Source of the DNA: Acidimicrobiia bacterium
GTDB lineage: Bacteria; Actinomycetota; Acidimicrobiia; Acidimicrobiales; VFJN01
Direction: 5' to 3'
NCBI GenBank assembly: GCA_046565645.1
Contig: JBKHYD010000015.1
Location: 114,268-178,267 of the forward strand
DNA length: 64,000 nucleotides
Of the stretch, positions 44,204 to 57,635 are shown piece after piece; position 1 is the first letter of the stretch, and every line of letters starts with the position of its first letter. A program made the translations under genes and the position numbers. The notes under the pieces are model-generated. The model did no database searches. It saw only the letters and a list, made by a program, of their open reading frames with translations, and had not been told where the DNA came from.

Positions 44204-45616
44204 TCAGGCCATCTGCTCGATCAGGGCCCAGAGCCCGTCCACGTGACGGGCCTCGGTGGCCTGGGTGCCGACGGAGGCCCGGACCACGAACCGGCCGTCG
44301 AGCCGGGTGTGGGTGAGGAAGACCCGGCCGGTGGCGTTGAGCCGGGTGAGGAGCGCCTCGGAGGCGTCGTCGCCGTCCACGTGGTGGAAGCACACCAGGT
44401 CGAGGGGGTGCGGGGCGCTCAGCTCGAGCCGGGGGTGGGCGGCGATCCGGGCCGCGAGGTCCTGGGCCAGGGCGGTCTGGTGGCGGACGTGGCGGCGGAG
44501 GCCCTCGGCCCCGTAGGCCCGGATCACGAACCACAGCTTGAGGGCCCGGAAGCGACGGCCCAGCGGGATCTGCCAGTCCCGGTAGTCGATGACGGCGCCG
44601 CTCTCGGAGGCGGCGTTGCGGAGGTACTCGGGCAGCACCGACAGCGCCGCGACGAGCGGCTGGCGGTCGGCCACCCAGAAGCAGTCGCAGTCGAAGTTGG
44701 TGAGCAGCCGCTTGTGGGGGTTCATGCAGAAGCTGTCGGCCCGCTCCAGCCCGTCCGCGATCCAGCGCAGCTCTGGGAGCACCAGGTGGGCGCCGGCGTG
44801 GGCGCCGTCGACGTGCAGCCAGGCGCCGTGGTCGGCGGCCACGCCGGCCAGCTCGGCCACCGGGTCGAGGGCGGTGGAGGACGTCGTGCCCAGGTTGGCG
44901 ACCACGAAGCAGGGCACCAACCCGGCCTCGCGGTCCTCGGCCATGAGCTGCGCCAGGTGGTCGGGGCGGGCGGCCTGGTCGGCGTCGACCTCGATCGTGC
45001 GCAGCTGGGCGGGGTGGAGGCCGGCCACCCGCACCGCCTTCTCGATCGAGCTGTGGGCCTGGCTCGACGTGTAGACCCGGAGCCGGTCGAAGGGCCCGTC
45101 GCCGGCGGCCCGCCAGCGGGCGGCCAGCAGGGCGCACAGGGTGGCGCTGGAGGCCGAGTCCTCGATCACGCCGCCGCCGGCGCCCGTCGAGCGGAACCGC
45201 TCGGGGAGGCCGAGCAGCTCGGCCATCCAGTCGAGGACGTGGGTCTCCAGCTCGGTGACGGCCGGAGACGTCGACCAGAGCATCCCCTGCACGCCGAGCC
45301 CCGACGACACGAGGTCGGCCAGCACCGACGGCCCGGAGGCGCCGGTCGGGAAGAACGCGAACCAGCCCGGGTGCTGCCAGTGGCTGAGGGCCGGGGTGAC
45401 GACCCGGTCCAGGTCGGCCAGGACCGCGCCGAAGTCCTCGGCCTGCTCCGGCGGCGAGGCCGGCAGCTGGGTCCGGACCCAGCCGGGCTCCACGTCGCCC
45501 ACCACCGGGCGCTCGTCGAGCGTCTCGAGGTAGTGCGCCACCCACTCGACGACCTCGTGCCCGTGGCGGCGGAACTCGTCGGGTGTCCAGTGCCGCGCGG
45601 GCTGGGTGCCGTCCAT
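44204..45616 (-). CDS. PLP-dependent aromatic-L-amino-acid decarboxylase (group II)
   Basis: SHWQHPGWFAFFP, QAHSSIEKA, WLHVDGAHAG, NPHK (PLP Lys), DYRDWQIPLGRRFRALKLW. Confidence 0.92.
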   Translation of the reverse strand: MDGTQPARHWTPDEFRRHGHEVVEWVAHYLETLDERPVVGDVEPGWVRTQLPASPPEQAEDFGAVLADLDRVVTPALSHWQHPGWFAFFPTGASGPSVLADLVSSGLGVQGMLWSTSPAVTELETHVLDWMAELLGLPERFRSTGAGGGVIEDSASSATLCALLAARWRAAGDGPFDRLRVYTSSQAHSSIEKAVRVAGLHPAQLRTIEVDADQAARPDHLAQLMAEDREAGLVPCFVVANLGTTSSTALDPVAELAGVAADHGAWLHVDGAHAGAHLVLPELRWIADGLERADSFCMNPHKRLLTNFDCDCFWVADRQPLVAALSVLPEYLRNAASESGAVIDYRDWQIPLGRRFRALKLWFVIRAYGAEGLRRHVRHQTALAQDLAARIAAHPRLELSAPHPLDLVCFHHVDGDDASEALLTRLNATGRVFLTHTRLDGRFVVRASVGTQATEARHVDGLWALIEQMA

Positions 45617-45624
45617 GGGCTCGG

Positions 45625-47192
<1,568 letters not shown>

Positions 47193-47257
47193 CCCCGCGA
47201 CGTCTGTGTGGGGTTCTGCGCCGTAGCGGCCTGAGATCACACACAGACGACCCGGCG

Positions 47258-47788
47258 ATGACCGTGGACCGCCACGTGGTGCTGCTCGGGCTGATGGGCG
47301 GCGGCAAGACCTCGGTGGGGCGCCGGGTGGCGGCCCGTCTGGGGCGACCGCTGATCGACGGCGACGAGATCCTCCAGGAGCGCTTCGGGCAGACGGCGGC
47401 CCTGATCGCCGACGCCGAGGGCATCGAGCGCCTGCACGAGCTGGAGGCGGAGATCGCCCTCGAGGCTCTGTCGTCCAGGGATCCGGCCGTGATCGGGCCG
47501 GCCGCGTCCGTCGTCGAGCTCGACGCCGCCCGGCAGGCGCTCGCCGCTCACCTGGTGGTGTGGCTGGCCGGCTCAGCCGCCTACCACGCCCGCAAGGCGG
47601 TCAAGAAGGACCACCGCCCGCTCCTCGACGACGGGGACCCGCTCGTCCTGTTCGAGCACCAGCTGGCGGTGCGCGGCCCGCTCATCCGGGCGGTGGCCGA
47701 CCTCGTGATCGACGTCGAGGCCACGTCCAAGGACGAGCAGGCCGACGCCGTCGTCGCCCTCGTGCACCGCGCCACCCCCGCGCCGTGA
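47258..47788 (+). CDS. Shikimate kinase-like (AroK family) P-loop kinase
   Basis: VLLGLMGGGKTSVG, LIDGD, DHRPLL lid; 3' part of track ORF 43742..47788. Confidence 0.8.
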   Translation: MTVDRHVVLLGLMGGGKTSVGRRVAARLGRPLIDGDEILQERFGQTAALIADAEGIERLHELEAEIALEALSSRDPAVIGPAASVVELDAARQALAAHLVVWLAGSAAYHARKAVKKDHRPLLDDGDPLVLFEHQLAVRGPLIRAVADLVIDVEATSKDEQADAVVALVHRATPAP

Positions 47789-47858
47789 CCACGCCGACCG
47801 GTTCCTGGGGGGTTCCGTCGCGAAGACCGCGACGGGACCACGCAGGAAGCCAGCGGGG

Positions 47859-48740
47859 TCACCCGTGGTCGAGCTGGCCGCGGGCGAGGGTGCCGGTGAC
47901 CAGGCCGAGGAGCTGGCGGAGCATCGCCGCGGTGGCGCCCCAGAGCGTGTCGCCCACCAGCTCGAAGAAGAAGATGGGCCGGTCCTCGGCCCACGGGAGG
48001 TGCCAGCGCTCCTCCCGGTAGATGGACGGGTCGAGCAGCTCGGCCACCGGGACGTGCAGGACGGCGGACACCTCGTCTGGGTTCGGGGTGGTGTCGGGCC
48101 GGCCCGGCAGCGCACCGACGTACGGGACGATGAACGATCGGCTGGTGACGGTGGCCAGGTGGTCGAGCTCGCCGATGGGCTCGACCGAGCTCGGGTCCAG
48201 GGCGATCTCCTCGCGGGCCTCGCGCAGAGCGGTCTGCCAGAGGTCCTCGCCGTCGTCCTGGCCCCCGCCGGGAAAGCTCACCTCGCCGGAGTGGGACCGC
48301 AGGTTCCAGGTGCGCCGGGTGAGCACGACGTGGAGCTCGCCGCCGTCCTCGTAGAGCGGGGCCAGCACGGCCGAGGCGCGGTCGATGTCGGGTGAGAGCT
48401 CCCGCTCGGAGCGCATGGCCGGCCCAGCCGCGGCCAGGGCCCGGCGCACGTCGTGGAGCCGGGGACGGCGGGCCCCGGGAGCGAGGTCGGCCCAGGGGGC
48501 CGGGCGGCCGGCTCGGGCGGTCAGGGGCCGGGGGATGATCTGGTCGCCGCCCCGCCCTGCCGGCACCGGGACGGGCGGCGGCGGGAAGCCCTCCCCGGGC
48601 CGGGGGAAGCCGGCCATCCCCCGCCGGGCTGCCTCCCGGGCCGAGATGACCGGCGGGTCGTAGCCGTCGATCGGGTCGGTGACGGCCTCCTCGAGGTCCT
48701 CCACCTGGGGCTGGCCGGTGGGCCGGTCAGGCTCCGGCAT
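47859..48740 (-). CDS. Nudix hydrolase, CoA pyrophosphatase type
   Basis: LTRR..LRSHSGEVSFPGG and Nudix box GG.DDGE..W.TALREAREEI; LWGATA. Confidence 0.88.
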   Translation of the reverse strand: MPEPDRPTGQPQVEDLEEAVTDPIDGYDPPVISAREAARRGMAGFPRPGEGFPPPPVPVPAGRGGDQIIPRPLTARAGRPAPWADLAPGARRPRLHDVRRALAAAGPAMRSERELSPDIDRASAVLAPLYEDGGELHVVLTRRTWNLRSHSGEVSFPGGGQDDGEDLWQTALREAREEIALDPSSVEPIGELDHLATVTSRSFIVPYVGALPGRPDTTPNPDEVSAVLHVPVAELLDPSIYREERWHLPWAEDRPIFFFELVGDTLWGATAAMLRQLLGLVTGTLARGQLDHG

Positions 48741-48891
48741 CGGCGGTCTGCGCCGCGGCGAGCGTCTCCAGCAGGTCGCGCAGGCCATGGGTCTTCAGGT
48801 TGCTGATGACCTTGCCGGGCGGCGTCTCGCCCTTCTCCCACTCCATCCAGTCGGCCAGGAGCTTGCTCGGGTCAGGGGGCGGTCGGTCCAT
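48727..48891 (-). CDS. Small hypothetical protein (54 aa)
   Basis: MDRPPPDPSKLLADWMEWEKGETPPGKVISNLKTHGLRDLLE; TAGCCT 7 nt upstream; overlaps the Nudix start. Confidence 0.65.
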   Translation of the reverse strand: MDRPPPDPSKLLADWMEWEKGETPPGKVISNLKTHGLRDLLETLAAAQTADAGA

Positions 48892-48963
48892 GCCTCGGAG
48901 GCTACCGGCGCCGCTCCCTCCCCCGACTCGCCGGTTCCGGCGTCGGTCCGGCACCCTGGTGGG

Positions 48964-49563
48964 GTGACCCGTCGACTCGTGCTCGCCTCCGCGTCCCCGG
49001 CCCGCCGCCGCGTGCTGGAGGACGGCGGCTTCGCGCCCGAGGTCGTGGTCAGCGGCGTCCCGGAGGACGACGTGGTCGGTGCCACCGGTGACGTGGCGCT
49101 GGCGCTGGCCGAGCGCAAGGCGAGCGCCGTGGCCGACGAGCTGAGCGGCGAGCCGGCCATCGTCGTGGGCTGCGACACCGTGCTCGACGTCGACGGGGAG
49201 ACGCGCGGCAAGCCGGCCTCGGTCGAACAGGCCCGGGCCTGGTGGTCCACGGTGGCCGGCCGTTCGGCCGTGCTGCACTCGGGACACTGCGTGATCGACA
49301 CGGCCACCGGACGCCGAGCCCGCGGCGTGGCCAACACCACCGTCCACTACGGCATCCCCACCGCGGCCGAGATCGACGCCTACCTGGCCACCGACGAGCC
49401 CATGGCGGTGGCGGGGGCCTTCACGATCGACGGCTACGCAGCGCCCTTCGTGACCGGCATCGAGGGCGACCACGGGAACGTCCTCGGCCTGTCGCTGCCG
49501 CTCCTGCGCACGCTCCTGGCCGAGCTCGGCATCCCCATCACCGACCTCTGGGTACGACGATGA
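48964..49563 (+). CDS. maf: Maf family nucleotide pyrophosphatase
   Basis: LVLASASPARR, GCDTV, RGKP, AGAFTIDG, NVLGLSL. Confidence 0.92.
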   Translation: MTRRLVLASASPARRRVLEDGGFAPEVVVSGVPEDDVVGATGDVALALAERKASAVADELSGEPAIVVGCDTVLDVDGETRGKPASVEQARAWWSTVAGRSAVLHSGHCVIDTATGRRARGVANTTVHYGIPTAAEIDAYLATDEPMAVAGAFTIDGYAAPFVTGIEGDHGNVLGLSLPLLRTLLAELGIPITDLWVRR

Positions 49564-50777
49564 CTCGGGTCGACCTGCCCACGGACGCCCCGCCCGCAAC
49601 CCACGCCCGTGACGGGTCCCCGCCCGGCGCGGGAACGCCGTCCGCTCCGGCGAGCTCCGCCGGTCCCCTGCGGATCGGCCCGCTGACCGTCGATCCGCCC
49701 GTCGTGCTGGCGCCGATGGCCGGGGTGACCGACGGGCCGTTCCGGGGGCTGTGCTCCCGCTTCGGGGCCGGGCTCTACGTGTCGGAGATGATCACGGCCC
49801 GGGCCCTCGTCGAGCGCAACGCCAAGACGCTCGGGATGCTCCGCTTCGACGGCTCGGAGACGACCCGCAGCGTGCAGCTCTACGGGACCGACCCGCGCAC
49901 CCTCGGCGAGGCGGTCCGCTACCTGGTGGGCGAGGTCGGCGTGGACCACGTCGACATGAACTTCGGCTGCCCGGTCCCCAAGGTCACCCGCAAGGGCGGC
50001 GGGTCGGCCCTGCCGGTGCGCCGGGTCCTGCTCCGCCACATCGTGCGGGCCGCGGTGGAGGCGGCCGGTCCGGTGCCCGTCACGATCAAGTTCCGGATCG
50101 GCGTCGACGACACCGTCCTCACGTACCTCGAGACCGGGCGGATCGCCGAGGAGGAGGGCGTGGCCGCCATCGCCCTCCACGCCCGCACCGCCGAGGCGCT
50201 CTACAGCGGCCAGGCCCGTTGGGACGCCATCGCGGCGCTGAAGGCGCACGTGACGACCATCCCCGTGCTCGGCAACGGCGACATCTGGGAGGCCTCCGAC
50301 GCCCTGGCGATGATGGCCGTCACCGGCTGCGACGGCGTGGTCATCGGCCGCGGCTGCCTCGGTCGACCGTGGCTGTTCCGGGACCTCGCCGACGCCTTCG
50401 AGGGCCGGCCGGTCCAGCCGCCGCCGCTCCTCGGCGAAGTCGCCTCGGTCATGCACGAGCACGCCGAGCGCCTCGTCGACTGGTACGGCGAGGCCAGCGG
50501 CATGACCGGGTTCCGCAAGCACGCGGGCTGGTACTTCACCGGCTACCCGGTGGGCAGCGAGCTCCGTCGGCGGGGCTCGATGGTGGCCACCCTGGCCGAG
50601 CTCGACGCCATCCTGGCCGAGCTCGACCCGGAGGCCACGATCCGCGACAACGCCCTCAGGGCCCCCCGGGGCCACACCAACGGCCCCCGCCCCGTGCACC
50701 TCCCCGAGGGCTGGCTCGCCCTCCGGGACGACCCCACGCCGCCGCAGGGTGCCGAGCTGCTCGCCAGCGGCGGCTGA
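49560..50777 (+). CDS. dusB: tRNA-dihydrouridine synthase
   Basis: VLAPMAGVTD, DMNFGCP, TIKFRIG, LHART, GNGDIW, GRGCLGRPW; ATGA overlap with maf. Confidence 0.92.
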   Translation: MTRVDLPTDAPPATHARDGSPPGAGTPSAPASSAGPLRIGPLTVDPPVVLAPMAGVTDGPFRGLCSRFGAGLYVSEMITARALVERNAKTLGMLRFDGSETTRSVQLYGTDPRTLGEAVRYLVGEVGVDHVDMNFGCPVPKVTRKGGGSALPVRRVLLRHIVRAAVEAAGPVPVTIKFRIGVDDTVLTYLETGRIAEEEGVAAIALHARTAEALYSGQARWDAIAALKAHVTTIPVLGNGDIWEASDALAMMAVTGCDGVVIGRGCLGRPWLFRDLADAFEGRPVQPPPLLGEVASVMHEHAERLVDWYGEASGMTGFRKHAGWYFTGYPVGSELRRRGSMVATLAELDAILAELDPEATIRDNALRAPRGHTNGPRPVHLPEGWLALRDDPTPPQGAELLASGG

Positions 50778-50839
50778 CCCGCCGACAGCCGGCCAAGGTT
50801 GGAGGCACCACGGCACCGGAACGGACCACCAAACGGCGA

Positions 50840-50866
50840 CGGCCCGCCCCGGAAAGGGGCGGGCCG
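50840..50866. terminator. 11-bp stem hairpin between convergent dusB and groL
   Basis: CGGCCCGCCCC-GGAAA-GGGGCGGGCCG. Confidence 0.6.
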
Positions 50867-50907
50867 CGCGTTCGCCGCAGGAGGACGAAGCCCTCCGAGG
50901 ACGAGAT

Positions 50908-52853
<1,946 letters not shown>

Positions 52854-52885
52854 GTTCGGCGCCTCCATGACGCGTTGCGATGCGG

Positions 52886-52912
52886 TTAGCACTCGGTATG
52901 AGCGAGTGCTAA
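52886..52912. promoter_or_regulatory. CIRCE element (HrcA operator), perfect
   Basis: TTAGCACTC-N9-GAGTGCTAA. Confidence 0.95.
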
Positions 52913-52927
52913 CAGTACGCGCCCGGA

Positions 52928-52954
52928 TCAGCACTCGCAACTGCCGAGTGCTAA
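52928..52954. promoter_or_regulatory. Second CIRCE element, one mismatch
   Basis: TCAGCACTC-N9-GAGTGCTAA. Confidence 0.9.
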
Positions 52955-53029
52955 TCCTCTCCGGGGCGGGAACCACCGGCCCCCCGGGGGACGTCGGATG
53001 GGCGTCCGCCTGCCGAAAGGGCCGCAGCG

Positions 53030-55243
53030 ATGTCGAACCCCGAGGACCGCCTCCCCTCCCCCGGCCTCCGGGTGCTGGCCGCCGCCGGCGCCGTGGTGCT
53101 CCTGGCCGGGGCCATCGTGCTGAGCCACAGCGACGAGGCCTCGGCGGCCGGGCTCGAGGCCTTCGCCAGCTGCGCCGAGCTCGAGCAGCACCTGAGCGAC
53201 GCGGCTGCCACCGCGTTCGCCAGCGGGGGCGCCCGCGGCTTCGCGGTCGAGGACACGGCCGAAGCCTTCGACGCAGCGTCGGGCGCGCCCACCACCGCGG
53301 GTTCGGCCGGGCGCCTGGAGGCCGGCGCCGGGGACGACGGGACCAACGTGCAGGTGGCGGGCGTCGACGAGCTCGACATCGTGGAGCTGCTGGCGGACGG
53401 GCGCAGCCTCGTCGCCCGCGAGGACCACATCCTCCTCATGTCGGTCGACGGCCGCTCGGTGCTGGACCGCCTCCCCACCCCGGCCGGGCCGCGCCTGTCC
53501 TTCGACGAGGAGCGCGGCGTGCTGTGGGTGGTCGGCGCCGACGACTGGCAGACCACGACGCTCCTGCGGGCGGTGCTGGCCGGTGACCGGTTCGGCGCCG
53601 CCGCCACCTGGAGCGTGGCTGGGCGGCTCGTCGACCTGCGTCGAGCCGGCGGCACCGTGCACCTGGTGGCGGTGGACGACGAGGTGGTGCCCGTCGAGCC
53701 GATGCCCATCGAGCCCGGAGCGGCGTCGCCAGGTGCGGCCGAGGAGCGAGCGACGGCCGACTCGGCGCTCCCCTTCGCCGGCACCTCTCCCGTGCCCTGC
53801 GAGGAGGTCCTCCACTCGCCGCTGCCGGGAGGCCCGGCCACCACGCTGGTGACCCGCTTCTCGGTCGACGGCGACCTCGCGCCCACGGCGGCCACCGAGA
53901 TCGTGGGGGCGGGCGACAACGTGCTCGTCACCGACGGTGCCGTCTACGTGAGCACGCCCGTGCTCGACGGCGACCGCTCGCTGACCGGGATCCACCGCTT
54001 CGACGCCGACGACCTCGCGCTCACCGGCTCGGGGTCGGTGGAGGGCCGGCTGCTGAACCAGTTCTCGCTCGACGAGCACGACGGGCACCTGCGGGCCGCG
54101 GTGACCGTCGGCGACGGGTTCTTCGTGGGTCGCCCGATGCCGGTCGACGACGTGGTCGACGTGGCCGAGGTGCCCGCCGGGGAGGCTGGCACGACGGGCG
54201 GGGACGAGGTCGAGGCCCAGGCCGCCACCGCGGCGGTGGCGATGGCGTCGCCCGCCCAGGACCCGACCACCGACACGACCGAGCCGACCACCAGGACGAC
54301 TGAGGTCACCCCCACCACGGAGGATCCCGCGACCTCGACCACCGAGGCGACGACCACGACCACCGAGGCCACCACCACCACGACCGAGGCCACCACCACG
54401 ACGGAGGCCCCGGCCACCACGGTGCCGCCCGCGCCTGGCGACGCGCTGAACGAGATCGTCGTCCTCGACCTCGAGGGCAGCCTCGACGTCGTCGGCCGCA
54501 GCCCCCGCTTCGGGCACCCCGGCGAGACCCTCCACGGGATCCGCTTCGCCGGCGAGGTGGCCTACGCGGTCACGTTCCTCCAGACCGACCCCTTCTACGT
54601 GGTCGATCTCTCCGAGCCGAGCGCACCCCGGGTCATGGGCGAGCTGGAGATCCCGGGCTTCTCGGCCTACCTCCACCCGATCAGCGCCACCGAGGTGGTC
54701 GGGTTCGGGCCCGGGCCCGAGGGCGGCGTGCTGGCCCGGCTCTTCGACGTCAGCGACCCAGCGGCGCCACGCCTGCTCGACACCGTCCGCGTCGCCGACG
54801 ACAGCCCGGTCGTCTACGACCACCATGCGCTGCGCACCGACGGCGGCCGGCTGCTCCTCGCCGCCAACGACTGGGTGAGCGAGCCGCCGGCGCGCTGCGC
54901 GGACGTCGAGGTGACCGAAGCCGACCTCGAGGCGCTGTGGCTCGAGCTCGACACCGCCTACGCACAGCTCGAGCGCGAAGGCACTGGCGTCATCCCGCCG
55001 GACCTCGCCGCGCTCGAGCGCGAGGTCTCCGAGCTGAGCGAGTGCCTGTACCCGGGCGGTTCGCCCCGGGCCCGGATCGTCACCCTCGAGCCGGGGGACG
55101 GCCGCCTCGGGGTCTCCGGCACCCGCACCGAAGCCGGCGAAGCCCATCGGGTCCTGCCCCTCCGAGACGGCGCCTACCTCGTCGTGGGCGCCGAGGTCAC
55201 GCGGGTCGGCCCGACCGGCACCCGCGAGGCCACCCCGAGCTGA
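53030..55243 (+). CDS. Secreted/membrane-anchored beta-propeller domain protein (paralog of 26321..28756)
   Basis: [59 protein letters not shown]. Confidence 0.85.
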   Translation: MSNPEDRLPSPGLRVLAAAGAVVLLAGAIVLSHSDEASAAGLEAFASCAELEQHLSDAAATAFASGGARGFAVEDTAEAFDAASGAPTTAGSAGRLEAGAGDDGTNVQVAGVDELDIVELLADGRSLVAREDHILLMSVDGRSVLDRLPTPAGPRLSFDEERGVLWVVGADDWQTTTLLRAVLAGDRFGAAATWSVAGRLVDLRRAGGTVHLVAVDDEVVPVEPMPIEPGAASPGAAEERATADSALPFAGTSPVPCEEVLHSPLPGGPATTLVTRFSVDGDLAPTAATEIVGAGDNVLVTDGAVYVSTPVLDGDRSLTGIHRFDADDLALTGSGSVEGRLLNQFSLDEHDGHLRAAVTVGDGFFVGRPMPVDDVVDVAEVPAGEAGTTGGDEVEAQAATAAVAMASPAQDPTTDTTEPTTRTTEVTPTTEDPATSTTEATTTTTEATTTTTEATTTTEAPATTVPPAPGDALNEIVVLDLEGSLDVVGRSPRFGHPGETLHGIRFAGEVAYAVTFLQTDPFYVVDLSEPSAPRVMGELEIPGFSAYLHPISATEVVGFGPGPEGGVLARLFDVSDPAAPRLLDTVRVADDSPVVYDHHALRTDGGRLLLAANDWVSEPPARCADVEVTEADLEALWLELDTAYAQLEREGTGVIPPDLAALEREVSELSECLYPGGSPRARIVTLEPGDGRLGVSGTRTEAGEAHRVLPLRDGAYLVVGAEVTRVGPTGTREATPS
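54338..54420 (+). repeat. In-frame Thr-rich tandem repeat (TTEAT..)n
   Basis: Repeated ACCGAGGC(C/G)AC.ACCAC units encoding [28 protein letters not shown]. Confidence 0.8.
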
Positions 55244-55300
55244 GCCCGCACGTTCGGCCCGTCGACGCCGGCCGAGCGATGGGCCGCTCCGACCTGGCGG

Positions 55301-56359
55301 TCAGCCCAGCCCGAGGTTGGGGACGGCGCCGGTGTCGAGGCCGTCGGGGCCGGACAGGCGCCAGCGGTGCCATGCCGCGCTGGCCACCATGGCGGCGTTG
55401 TCGGTGCACATGGCCCGGCTGGGCACGAACGCCTGCAGGCCGTCCTCTGCGCAGACCTCGACGAGCCGCTCCCGGAGCCGCGAGTTGGCGGCCACCCCGC
55501 CCCCGAGGGCGAGGGCGGTGGCGCCCACCTCGCGGGCGGCGACCCGCCCCTTGGCCAGCAGGGTGTCGACGACCGCCTCCTGGAACGACGCAGCCACGTC
55601 CGCCGTGGACACCTCGGGGTGCTTGCGGACGTGGTTCACCACGGCGGTCTTGAGGCCGCTGAAGCTCACGTCGAAGGTGCCGTCGCCGACCATCGGGCGC
55701 GGGAACCGGATGGCCTCCCGGTCCCCCTGCACCGCCAGCTTGTCGATGGCGGGACCGCCGGGGTACCCGAGGCCCAGGTAACGAGCCACCTTGTCGTAGG
55801 CCTCGCCGGCGGCGTCGTCGATGGTGGAGCCGAGGACCTGGTAGCGACCGTGGTCCTCCATCAGCACGAACAGGGTGTGCCCGCCCGAGACGATCATGAC
55901 CACGATCGGGAGCTCGAGGTCGGGGGCCTCGAGGAGCGTGGCGTAGAGATGGGCCTCGAGGTGGTTCACGGCGATGAACGGCACGCCCCAGGACAGCGCC
56001 AGGGCCTTGGCGGTGGAGACCCCGACGAGCAGGGCGCCCACGAGCCCGGGCCCGTAGGTGGCGGCCACCGCGTCGACGTCGGGGGGACGGTGGTCGCCGG
56101 CCACGTCGGAGAGCCCGGCCTCGACGAAGGCCTGGGCGATGACCGGCACCATCAGCTCCACGTGGGCGCGGCTGGCGATCTCCGGGACCACGCCCCCGTA
56201 GCGGGCGTGCAGGTCGACCTGGCTGCTGACCACCGACGAGAGGATCCTCGTGCCGCCCTCGACGATGGCGGCCGCCGTCTCGTCGCAGGACGTCTCGATC
56301 CCGAGGATCCGGGCCCGTCCGAGGTCGACCGGCTGCGACATGGGCTCGACGGTGGTCAT
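55301..56359 (-). CDS. tsaD: tRNA t6A synthesis protein TsaD
   Basis: ILGIETSCDETAAA, GPGLVGAL, VNHLEAH, SGGHT, DDAAGEAYDK, CTDNAAM. Confidence 0.96.
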   Translation of the reverse strand: MTTVEPMSQPVDLGRARILGIETSCDETAAAIVEGGTRILSSVVSSQVDLHARYGGVVPEIASRAHVELMVPVIAQAFVEAGLSDVAGDHRPPDVDAVAATYGPGLVGALLVGVSTAKALALSWGVPFIAVNHLEAHLYATLLEAPDLELPIVVMIVSGGHTLFVLMEDHGRYQVLGSTIDDAAGEAYDKVARYLGLGYPGGPAIDKLAVQGDREAIRFPRPMVGDGTFDVSFSGLKTAVVNHVRKHPEVSTADVAASFQEAVVDTLLAKGRVAAREVGATALALGGGVAANSRLRERLVEVCAEDGLQAFVPSRAMCTDNAAMVASAAWHRWRLSGPDGLDTGAVPNLGLG

Positions 56360-56937
56360 CGGGGGTCCTCCACGACCGTCGAGCCGGGGACGGCAGCCGC
56401 CAGGGCGGCCAGGCGTGCCGCGTGCTCGGGGGTGTCGATGTCGGTGGCCCACATGATGACGGCGTCCTCGTTGGTCTCGGCGTAGTAGCCCTTGCGGATG
56501 CCGGCCGGGGCGAACCCGAAGGACTGGTAGAGGCGCTGGGCGGCGACGTTGCCGACCCGCACCTCGAGGGTCAGGTTCCTAGCCCCCCGCTCCCGCGCCG
56601 CCACGGCCAGCGCATGCAGCAGACGGGTGCCGATGCGGTGCCGCTGCCAGGCCGGCGAGACGGCCACGTTGGTGACGTGGCCGTCCTCCTCCACCAGCAT
56701 GAGCCCGGCGTAGCCGACCACCGCGGAGCCGACCTTGGCCACGTACCAGACCCGGCTGGGGCCGTAGGCGAGCTCGCTCAGGAAGAGGCCCATCGACCAG
56801 GGGCGGGGGTGGACCGCCTCCTCGATGCGCAGGACCGCGCGGAGGTGCCGTCGGCGCATGGGGGTGAGGACGACCTCCAGCGCGTCGTCGGGGACGGCTG
56901 GGCCAGGGCCGGCGGTGACGGGCGGGCGCAGGCTCAC
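56356..56937 (-). CDS. rimI: Ribosomal protein alanine N-acetyltransferase
   Basis: PWS..LF..EL, HVTNVAV, LTLEVRVGNVAAQRLYQSFGF..AGIRKGYY. Confidence 0.92.
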   Translation of the reverse strand: MSLRPPVTAGPGPAVPDDALEVVLTPMRRRHLRAVLRIEEAVHPRPWSMGLFLSELAYGPSRVWYVAKVGSAVVGYAGLMLVEEDGHVTNVAVSPAWQRHRIGTRLLHALAVAARERGARNLTLEVRVGNVAAQRLYQSFGFAPAGIRKGYYAETNEDAVIMWATDIDTPEHAARLAALAAAVPGSTVVEDPR

Positions 56938-57635
56938 GCGGCTCCGTCCCGGGTCTGCCAGTTGATCTCGGCGTCGGGCTTGCGCAGGTACAGCGGGCTG
57001 ACCTCGCCGGGGCCGGAGAACTGCTCGCGCAGCGCCCGGGCGTGGGCGAGCTGCACGAGCGAGCCGGCGTTGGGGAAGGCCATGCCCTGGTCGGCCAGCT
57101 CGACCCGGCCGAGGTCGGCGAACGCGTCGCGGTGCCGGAGCGCACCGTCGCCCACGAGGAGGACCTCCTCGGTGGTGGCCACCAGGTCGGAGGCGAGGTC
57201 GGCCGGGGTGGCCACCTCGGGCTCCGTGAGCCGCTGGATGCCGCCGGGCACCTGCCGGTAGCTGGCGTGGAAGATCTCGCCCCGCCCGGCGTCCACGGCG
57301 CACACGATGCGCCGGTGCGAGTGGCGCAGCGGGAAGGCGATGAGGTCGAGGCTGGGCACCCCGATCATGGGGAGCCGCCGGGCGTGCGACAGCGCCTTGG
57401 CCGCCGCCACCCCGACCCGCAGCCCGGTGAACATGCCCGGCCCGACGTCGACGGCGATGGCGCCGATCTCGGCGATGTCCACGCGAGCCTGCCGGCACAC
57501 GAAGTCGATGGCCGGGGTGAGCGTCTCGGCGTGCCGGCGCCCTCGGGTGGAGTGGGCAGAGCCGAGGACGCCCTCGTGGCCGCCGATGGAGCAGCCCACC
57601 TGTGCGGTGGAGGTGGTGATGCCGAGGATCAGCAC
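56934..57635 (-). CDS. tsaB: tRNA t6A synthesis protein TsaB
   Basis: ILGITTST, HAETL, GPGMFTGLRVG, DAGRGE, PLYLRKPDA; 3' end of track ORF 56934..59483. Confidence 0.93.
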   Translation of the reverse strand: MLILGITTSTAQVGCSIGGHEGVLGSAHSTRGRRHAETLTPAIDFVCRQARVDIAEIGAIAVDVGPGMFTGLRVGVAAAKALSHARRLPMIGVPSLDLIAFPLRHSHRRIVCAVDAGRGEIFHASYRQVPGGIQRLTEPEVATPADLASDLVATTEEVLLVGDGALRHRDAFADLGRVELADQGMAFPNAGSLVQLAHARALREQFSGPGEVSPLYLRKPDAEINWQTRDGAA

